Shown here: piece by piece, positions 56,436-64,000 of the stretch | How positions within the stretch are numbered: position 1 is the first letter of the stretch | Layout: every line of letters starts with the position of its first letter | The notes under the pieces: model-generated | Seen by the model: only the letters and a program-made list of their open reading frames with translations | The model's database searches: none | Told to the model about the DNA's origin: nothing | Made by a program: the position numbers and the translations under genes | Assembly: GCA_020184695.1 (NCBI GenBank) | Contig: JAANOX010000030.1 | Coordinates: 133,296 to 197,295 of the forward strand | Direction: 5' to 3' | Source: Histomonas meleagridis 2922-C6/04-290x | Lineage: Eukaryota; Protista; Parabasalia | Length of the DNA stretch: 64,000 nt

Positions 56436-58730
56436 GGGCAATCGCTTAATAACACGCGACTTTTTCTGAGGAAATTTGAATGCTTTATTCCCACTTTTGG
56501 GTACATCCATGAGAAAAGGAAAAATAACACGCCACTTTTTGTGTGATTTATTTTGGCATTAAAGCAAGTCATCTTGTAGCATTTTTAAATGAAAACATGG
56601 TGAAACATTCATTTGTGAACGCAACGGCGACTTTTTAAAAAGGAGAATTTGGAATTCCAACAGTTTACAAAGGATTCTCGAATATGCTTATTCTCACATG
56701 ATTTATGATGTTTTTTTCTCATGAACTGTTAAATTGTATATTCACATTTTTGATATTATGAGTTTAATATAATTAAGTTTTTATTAAGTAGCTAAAACAT
56801 TTTTTGGACATCTAGGTGCAGTATGAGTATCACCTCCACATATACTGCAACGATATTTTTTCTTCACCTTCGGAGCGCCTGCTTTATCCACATTGTTTCT
56901 TGGATATCTTGTAGGCGCTCCAGAAATCTGTATGTGTTCTGGTGGAAGAATATCTCCATCTTCTCCTGTTCATGTTCAAGCGAGCATAAATCATTTAAGG
57001 CTTTGTCTAGAATATTTCTAATTTCAAGAGATCGATTCGCAAGGGAGATTGTATAATGTATGATTTTTGCAGCAGGTCTCAGAGTATGGAATAGACAATA
57101 CACCATTTAGTTTGAGGTCCATATATTCAGAGAATATCATTGCTGAAGCAAATGTACCAAGTTTTTTCGAATCTTCTTTGCTCATTAATTCTTGTGGGAT
57201 AATTGTTGGTTTATCACTTTTAGATAATATTCTAAGTCTTTCACCTCTTAAATAAATTGCATATACAAAATTTCCTAATGTTACAATTTTATGTTCTAGT
57301 AAATTCTTGAGACTTCCAAAAAAACCTTCAACTCGATTTGATGTTGTATTATCGCAATGTATATATTTTGAAATTATACTTGGTACCACTTATCCTGATC
57401 CTCTAATAAGTTTCGTAACAAACGCGATCCTTTTGTTTTTGGATGTTCATTTACATAATTATTACATGCATTGATAAATTCTTCTTCAGAAATTTCTTGG
57501 ATTTGAAGCTTATGAAATAAATCACACATTTTTTGCCCTGCCTTTTTTCGAAGATTACGAGAAATGTGAACACTGCAAAATATAATTTTGCATAATGGAA
57601 AGACAAATTTCAGTGCTTTGACCTGTGTTTTGTTTCAATCGCAGATAAAGAGCCTGATATCACCTATTTTTTGTTTGATTTCTACAAAATAATTTATAAA
57701 TTCATTCTTTGTTCGTGAGCATATTATTGCAAAAGATAATACTTGGTTTCGACCATTTTGATCTTCACTAATCATTAATAAAAGAGGGAGGTGATAGTAA
57801 TTTGTACAACTTGTATCGTCAATAATGCACAGATCATTAGCATATTTTTCAGACATAATAGGTTCGTGAAATACATGACATCCATTAAAACGCTTATTTT
57901 CATCTATTATTATTTTGTTCGACCAATTATTTCCATTTTTCATTTGATCAAGCAATTCATCCATTTCATGGTCTCGAATGTTTTTTAAGATCTCTCTTCT
58001 TGTATTGTATAATACATCTTTCGAACAAACCAATCCTTGTTTGATGCGAATGTTATAAGCCGATAATCCTTGTAATGTTGAATCTCTGATTTTCGTTTTT
58101 TGTGTTTCGCTTAGTTGATTTCTTTCTTTTCCGTTGTATGATGCAGAAATTTCATGTGTGTGGTTTAAATCGCAAGAATTGAATTGTGCTAATTGTGTTT
58201 CGGGGTTGTAAAGAATCCTAAGGCATGCATTGCAGTAATAGATTGTTCGATACTGTCTACAGCAGAAAAGTTGCATTGATCTTGCTTCACCTGTTGATCT
58301 GGGAACATATCGGCACTTATATTGATCAGAAATCTCGCGCACCCGTTGAACAAGAGCATGTACATCTTCAAAGAATGCATTGTTAAGACGCGTAAATGCT
58401 TCTATGAGCTCAGGAGGAGTCTCCATTGCACTGATTTGGATGAAACATGATAAAATTGAGTTAATTTATCGGTTATTTACTTCAAAAAGTTGATGTTTTT
58501 CTTAAAAACTCAATGTGACACATGAGTTCAAAAAGTCGCCGTTGCGTTCACAAATGAATGTTTCACCATGTTTTCATTTAAAAATGCTACAAGATGACTT
58601 GCTTTAATGCCAAAATAAATCACACAAAAAGTGGCGTGTTATTTTTCCTTTTCTCATGGATGTACCCAAAAGTGGGAATAAAGCATTCAAATTTCCTCAG
58701 AAAAAGTCGCGTGTTATTAAGCGATTGCCC
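56436..58730 (-). mobile_element. Mutator-like element (MULE), 2295 bp
   Basis: 201-bp TIRs at 56436-56636 and 58530-58730, identical by hand comparison and starting GGGCAATCGC. 9-bp TSD AAAATTTTT at 56427-35 and 58731-39. Confidence 0.96.
56864..58426 (-). pseudogene. MULE transposase with a nonsense codon and frameshifts
   Basis: IIDDTSCTN..LPL, FICD*NKTQ (TGA at 57635-37), FCSVHISRN (CxxH) and TTSNRVEGFFGSLK. Frame break near 57386 (KW-VPS) and another near 57030. Confidence 0.88.
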
Positions 58731-59070
58731 AAAATTTTTTGGAGTAGACCGTTTATATGATGATCGTTAACCGCTATTTATTGTGTAAATTGAAATGATT
58801 AAAAGATTTATTTTAAAAATATAAAAAAAAAATAATTATAATCAGAATAAAAATAAGAATAAGAATAAGAATAAAATTAAAATAAAATACAATAGATCTT
58901 TCATTAAAAAATATTTAATTGACAGTCTCAACTCATTATAATAATATCAAAAATTATATTATTTCATAAAATATCATCAAAATCAGCAATTATATTATCA
59001 TATTAAAAAATTATTCATTTATAACAGCTACACACACTTATAGAAATATATTTTAATTGAATTTATTTAT

Positions 59071-59952
59071 TTAGCTTAATAAATCAGCATTAACATAGAG
59101 AAAAGCTCTTTCAGTTGCACTTTCTTTGGACAATGCACCGCACTGGTCTGGTAAAGCATATCTTGCCATTGAAAATGCTCGCTCTATGTTTGCTGAACTT
59201 GCTTTAAAACAAAAGTACTTTTCAGCAATTTTGAATGAATTTGGAAATTGTTTTGAGCTTCCTTTCCAAAATGATACAATATTTGTATTATCTGGAATTC
59301 TAACTTTTTTAAATAGCTTGTATTCATTTGAATTTCGTGTTGCATTTCGAGATCTAGGTGAGGTGTTTATGTTATTTTGGTTAGTTTGATGTGGAATTTT
59401 TGATTTCAAGTAATTTTTAGCTTCAATATAATATTTTTTTAATTCATATGGCAAAAGCTTTTTGCCATCTAAACAAGGGTTAAGAATTGCTGCAATGGTT
59501 AGGTTATTAAGAAATTCTTCATATTTAATTAACCTTGTAAATAGTCCATTTTCTAAATTGTTGGATTGTTGAATGAATCCACTCATATGCATTTCCTGAG
59601 TTATCTCTTGATAAATTTCCATTACTAAATCTAGCGCACAGAAAAAATTATCATTTGAATCACTTTCAAGCTTTTTCGTAATATTGCTAATTTTCGTTAT
59701 ATAAGGCGAAATTGCATTTAAATATATTCAATCATTGTCATTTGATTTATCATCATCTTTTATTTTTAATAATTCAATTGACCTATCCTTAATTGAATAA
59801 AATTCGCTAATTTCCTTACGAAGTTGACATGCACGTTTGATTGAATTATATAAAGAAAGCCACCTAATTTCAATGTAACTCGGAATAATTTTACACTTTT
59901 TACCTTTCAAAGTAAGATATTGTTTGAATTGGCAATTGTTATACACACACAC
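59071..59952 (-). pseudogene. hAT transposase, C-terminal half
   Basis: IRWLSLYNSI (RW motif), in-frame TGA at 59728-30, AAILNP and dimerisation domain FWK...FP...AEKYF..KASSANIERAFS. N-terminal half absent. Confidence 0.85.
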
Positions 59953-60382
59953 ACACAGCGCTATGTGAGCTTCGTGCTACGCACTCGCTCCCACTCGCGC
60001 TACATAAACTAAAGGATGAACGGCTAAAATCGATTGAATTATCATAAATCGGTTGGTTTTGATTGAAAGTAATAAAATATATTTAAATTCATGATGACAT
60101 TTATATTTAAAATGTGTGAGGCATTAATCCGGCTTAGTGGGTGTTAAGCCTATGTGGATTTTAGTTTTTTGTTGTTAATCCTATGCTACCTGATAACTTG
60201 ATATACCAGGTAGTTACCAGGTAATATTGCGATTAGCTAAAGGAAATTTAATATTGTTATGTGAGTTTCTCAAATCTTGTGAAATGACGTGAAAATCGTG
60301 AGTTTACGGGAGCTGATGATGATAACGGATGAGTTGTTGTTAATGCTATGTGGAAAGTTGTTATTAACTGAGGTTGTGAATG

Positions 60383-60674
60383 TAAAAAGTACTGTTTAAA
60401 ATTTCGAGGGTTAACTTTAACCAAAAAGTGAACCCTCAACGAAACGGAGAAAATGAGCATTTTTTGAAGGCTTTAACGCAAAAGTTGACGGTTGATTTAT
60501 CGGAAAGAATTTAATGTTAATTCTCTGTCGAAAGTTGTAAATTCTATGTGGATTTTAGTGTTTTGAACTTAAAAAGTACCGTTAAAATTTTTAGGGTTAA
60601 CTTTTACCCAAAAAAAGTGAACCCTCGACGAATCGGAGAAGATACGCATTTTTTGCAGGATTTAACGCAAAAAG
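60383..60674. repeat. Two ~100-bp imperfect direct repeats (60383-60484, 60570-60674)
   Basis: Both contain TAAAAAGTAC..AAAATTT.(G/T)AGGGTTAACTTT..AAAAAGTGAACCCTC(A/G)ACGAA.CGGAGAA..TTTAACGCAAAA. Confidence 0.85.
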
Positions 60675-60807
60675 AATATGACAAAAAAATAAATTATTTA
60701 AACTAAGTTTTTATAATAATCCGTAAAGTTTCATGAATTTTTTATAACGTACTTGTACTTTTTTATGATTCACGTCATACGCTCTAACAAATGCCAAACC
60801 GCGCTTA

Positions 60808-61272
60808 TCATAACAGATTGTTAATTTTTCTAAATTTAATGTCGTTCCAGAAGAAGAAAGAATCAAGCTCAGGATCATAATAATAATCTTTAAATTTATG
60901 GTTACCGTATTCTAAAATTTCAATTGAATCTTCATTGATTTCGTCGAAGAATTCAAAAGCTCTATCGCTATATGAAGAAGTATTTTTTAGATTTTCTGAC
61001 TGATAAACCCAACGGAGATTTGAAACGTGATTGTTTGAACGATTGTGATCTATATGATCTATAAAAGGTTTGTCATCAGGATTTGGAATAAATTGTAATG
61101 CAACAATACGATGTTTAAGATATAATTTTTTGTTTAATTTACATGCAATATATCCTGTAGTTTTAATTGAAAATTCTTTAATGACTTTTTTATCATTTTT
61201 TCTTCTAATGGCATAAGGGTATTCTGTGTTAATCTCATAATTTCGGTTTACAACGCAAGTTTTCCAACTCAT
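60808..61272 (-). CDS. HNH endonuclease (phage/Maverick-type HNH_3)
   Basis: KHRIVALQFIPNPDDKPFIDHIDHNRSNNHVSNLRWV. Confidence 0.9.
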   Translation of the reverse strand: MSWKTCVVNRNYEINTEYPYAIRRKNDKKVIKEFSIKTTGYIACKLNKKLYLKHRIVALQFIPNPDDKPFIDHIDHNRSNNHVSNLRWVYQSENLKNTSSYSDRAFEFFDEINEDSIEILEYGNHKFKDYYYDPELDSFFFWNDIKFRKINNLL

Positions 61273-61360
61273 ATTTTATTAAAAATAAAAAATTAAATTT
61301 TTTTAAAATTAGCTTTAATTTTTTATTTTGTAAAATCATCCGAAAAATGTTAATTTACTT

Positions 61361-61422
61361 CGTTTCGTTGAGGGTTCAAAAAAAGGGTTCACTTTTTTAT
61401 TTTTTTAACCCTCAGAAATTTT
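61361..61422. repeat. Inverted copy of the 60.4/60.6-kb repeat core
   Basis: CGTTTCGTTGAGGGTTCA (61361-78) is the exact reverse complement of 60429-46; AGGGTTCACTTTTT and TTAACCCTCAGAAATTTT also match. Confidence 0.8.
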
Positions 61423-62276
61423 GTGTCACTTTTCGAGTGTCACTTTTTTTGTAAAGGTCGTTGGTTCGAGATACAGCACTATTGAATTTTTTTATGGAAC
61501 CACTTTTTTACAATTTCAAATAACATGTCTTTTCATAACATTTCCGAAAAATTCATTTCGCATAACATGTTTTTTCATTTCATATCACATGTCAGTTGAT
61601 GAAAAATTAACGTTCGTTAGTGATACGTTTACGAAAAATAAACGGACGGAGAAAATGACGGTTGATAAATTTGAACAACCGCTGAAAAAAAAAGATGTGA
61701 AAAATAAACTTATTTTAACGGATTTCAAAAAAAATTTTTTTAAACGTTTTTCTGTTTAAAATTTAACGGAAATTAACGGACGGAGAAAATGACGGTTGAA
61801 GTTGTTGTAAAAAATATTTTTGAATTATCATTTAATTTAGTGGCAAATGTAAAATTTTTTGAATTGTCATTTAATTTGGTGGCAAAACGATTAATAATTG
61901 AATAGGTACTGAAAATATTGGCGGGAAATGAATTTGAATGAGTTCTGAAAAAGTTTTTAAAAGTATTGAAATCTTAAAAAAAAATCTGACACGCGTTTCT
62001 CGACACAGGAGCATTTTTTTTTCAATGTTGTAAAAAAAGTAAAGTATTGAATTATTTTACAATGAAAAAAAATTTTGGTGGTAATTGAACGTTAAGGATT
62101 AGAAATTGGCGGGCAGTAATGAGATTTGAATGAGTACTGAAAATGTAAATTTGAATGATGCTATCAATTAGTGTCAAACGTAAAATTTTTTGAATTGTCA
62201 TTGAATTTAGTGGCAAAATGTAAAAAAATATTTGATGACGAATTTTTATGACGGTGTTTATGACGAAGGATAAAGT

Positions 62277-62346
62277 GAACGTTAAGGAAGAACGTTAGAG
62301 TCGAACGTTAAGGAAGAACGTTAGAGTTGAACGTTAAGGTAGAACG
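62277..62346. repeat. 26-bp tandem repeat, ~2.7 copies
   Basis: GAACGTTAAGGAAGAACGTTAGAGT(C/T) twice, plus a partial third copy. Confidence 0.9.
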
Positions 62347-62521
62347 AGTAAAAAAAGTTCAAAAATAAAATTCAATAGGTTTGGGAATCGAACGTAAGAC
62401 ATTAACAAAAAAACGCACTGTACGGGAATCGAACGTAAGGCGTTCATTGAAAAAGTGAAAAACTGACATTGAAATTTTAAAATAAATTTATCTCGTAATA
62501 TGATAGTCATTTTCACATGAT

Positions 62522-62983
62522 TTACATATCAAACGATTTCTTATTGTTTGTATTTTCCGGAAAAGTTATTTTTGAGCCTTCAAACTCTTTCGAAATTGCT
62601 ATATTTTGATTACCAATATATGCATTTAATGATATAATTCTATTATCGATTTCTTCACGTTTCTCAACAAGTTCGTTTGTGATCTTCTTGACAATATCAT
62701 TTCTGGCTTTCATAAATCTATTATTTAATTCTGCAGGAGCAATATTTACAAGTTTCTTTTCATTTGTTTTAGTAAGAATGTTATCGGTAAACTTTAAATT
62801 TACTGATTCAAGAAGTTTTAAATTCTTATCATAAAATTTAACGCCGACAAGAATATTATTATGAAGTATAGGTTTATTTGTTGGTTTGTCTATCTTCACT
62901 GTTGTATTATGATTATATTTAAAATCAACAGCGGCGTAATCAATTTTATATTCTGATATCAAATAATCTTGGAATGAATCCAT
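62522..62983 (-). CDS. Hypothetical protein in the Maverick-like region
   Basis: Clean 153-aa ORF with an ATG start and a TAACGG motif just upstream. No recognised domain. Confidence 0.65.
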   Translation of the reverse strand: MDSFQDYLISEYKIDYAAVDFKYNHNTTVKIDKPTNKPILHNNILVGVKFYDKNLKLLESVNLKFTDNILTKTNEKKLVNIAPAELNNRFMKARNDIVKKITNELVEKREEIDNRIISLNAYIGNQNIAISKEFEGSKITFPENTNNKKSFDM

Positions 62984-63023
62984 TTATTAACGGTAAAAAA
63001 TTTATTTTTATAAATAAAAAATA

Positions 63024-63570
63024 ATGCGAAAAAATAATTCGGAGAATATAGATAAAAAATTTGATGAGATAGAAGAATTGTTTGATAAATTAGAAAAACA
63101 AAAAAGAAGCAATAAAGAAAACGAAACTTGTTGCGATAAAAGATACTGATTTGTTAGACTGGATTAATAAATATATTCGGAGAATTTTAAAATATAATTC
63201 TATCATTAAATATATCAATTCTGATTTTAAGAAAACGGATGAAGAAGTAGAAAGATTATTTATGAAATATAATTTGAATAACTCAAAGAAGAAATTAAAA
63301 TACATTTCTGAAAAGTTAGCGAAATATCAATGGAAAACTTATCCGCATAGATGTTTGTTGATATTAGATGATTTTGCTAATCATCCTTTGCTGAGAAGTA
63401 AAGAAACGGAGATGTCAAGATTACTTAAAAAACTCAGACACTTTAATATTAACGTTATCATTTGTGTGCAAACAACAAAAAAAGTATACCAAAAAGATAT
63501 AAAAAAAGAACTTTATCAGATATTGTATTATTTAATGGAATTTGCAAAAGATGACTTTTTACGATCTTAA
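63024..63570 (+). pseudogene. A32-like DNA packaging ATPase remnant (C-terminal half)
   Basis: Walker B CLLILDDF and the motif KKLRHFNINVIICVQ. An alternative frame continues TKSIPKDIKRTLSDIVLF. No Walker A upstream. Several frame breaks in A runs. Confidence 0.8.
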
Positions 63571-63767
63571 TAAAAGGAAAGTCCAGCATCAAGTATTTGA
63601 CGTTAATAAAGCTTTATGGTCAGTTTATATCTAAACTTCAAAGATCCCACACGCAACGTTTAGTATTCACATTAAAAGCACGAAGAGTTATTATAAATCA
63701 AAAAAAATAAAAAGAATCTTAAGATTCGGAACGGCTCTCTGAGCCTGAGCTCCTTCGGAGCGAAACA

Positions 63768-64000
63768 ATGTTTCATAAAAAATTCATTTTTGATTTTGAA
63801 TCTCACCAACAAATAAATCTTCATCCTGTATGCCTTGAACAGAAATTGTTATATACATTGGATTCAGTAAATGTACTTCGTGAAGGTTTGCGTCAACGAG
63901 TGTCAACTGTATATCGTGACAAATCATTAGAATTTATGTCAATTTCAAAATCAGCGTTTGATACAATAATCGGAAAATTTTCCGAAAAAGAGTTATTGAT
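63768..64000 (+). CDS. Partial ORF running off the window end
   Basis: MFHKKFIFDFESHQQINLHPVCLEQKLLYTLDSVNVLREGLRQRV... stays open to position 64000. It is not listed in the ORF track. Confidence 0.55.
   Translation, partial: MFHKKFIFDFESHQQINLHPVCLEQKLLYTLDSVNVLREGLRQRVSTVYRDKSLEFMSISKSAFDTIIGKFSEKELL

Larger units (their letters stand above)
56146..59950 (-). mobile_element. 5'-truncated hAT element (3' terminus inferred at 56146)
   Basis: TAGGGTATCCGAAAACGG terminus-like sequence followed by subterminal GTACAA/AAAAGTGAC repeats, with a hAT transposase remnant at 59071-59952. The second terminus was not found. Confidence 0.5.
59945..64000. mobile_element. Degenerate Maverick/Polinton-like region (continues beyond the window)
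   Basis: HNH gene, A32/FtsK-type packaging-ATPase remnant, small orphan ORFs and repeat-rich spacer DNA. No integrase, pPolB or capsid gene is visible here, and the boundary is inferred from where the hAT frame stops. Confidence 0.6.

Noticed and set aside
57635-59730. Alternative genetic code (TGA/TAA read-through) suggested by in-frame stops in the MULE, hAT and ankyrin paralog
   Set aside because: Long conserved genes (dynein, PI4K, MCM6) have no in-frame stops and end on TAA or TGA. The stops are confined to decaying sequences.
60314-60370. Box C/D snoRNA (ATGATGA ... CTGA)
   Set aside because: Weak terminal stem and no recognisable rRNA guide. Such boxes are expected by chance in AT-rich DNA.
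61421-61759. 112-aa ORF
   Set aside because: Starts at TTG, lies in low-complexity repeat DNA and has a composition typical of translated T/A runs.

Overview
AT-rich eukaryotic DNA, by inference from a parabasalid protist (Tritrichomonas/Trichomonas-like). The inference rests on compact, mostly intronless genes, DUF3447-ankyrin, Pmp-like and PAS-cyclase gene families, an Inr-like TCACT core and Maverick-type genes. The window has three zones. (1) 0.8-44.2 kb is gene-dense: RhoGEF-Kelch, two-domain cystatin-like protein, PI4K-IIIalpha, GBP/atlastin-like GTPase, Pmp-like beta-helix, tRNA-Glu(TTC), MCM6, axonemal dynein heavy chain, PAS-cyclase, R2R3-Myb, Sds3-like, syntaxin-6-like, Atg101, bromodomain. 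(2) 44.3-52.4 kb is a graveyard of gene fragments, followed by one intact surface-protein gene. (3) 55.5-64 kb is a transposon cluster: a foldback MITE, a young MULE (201-bp TIRs, 9-bp TSD) apparently nested in a truncated hAT, then a degenerate Maverick/Polinton-like region with HNH and packaging-ATPase genes. The outstanding observation is the ankyrin gene at 15701-18373 (-). Its last nine ankyrin blocks are intact protein sequence but recur with an exact 170-bp period. Each is preceded by an 80-nt AT-rich spacer that breaks frame, often contains stops, carries a conserved internal motif and has no usable GT-AG or branch-point signal. This looks like a fixed-length, non-canonical intervening-sequence system. 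All alignments and counts were done by hand; no database searches were run.
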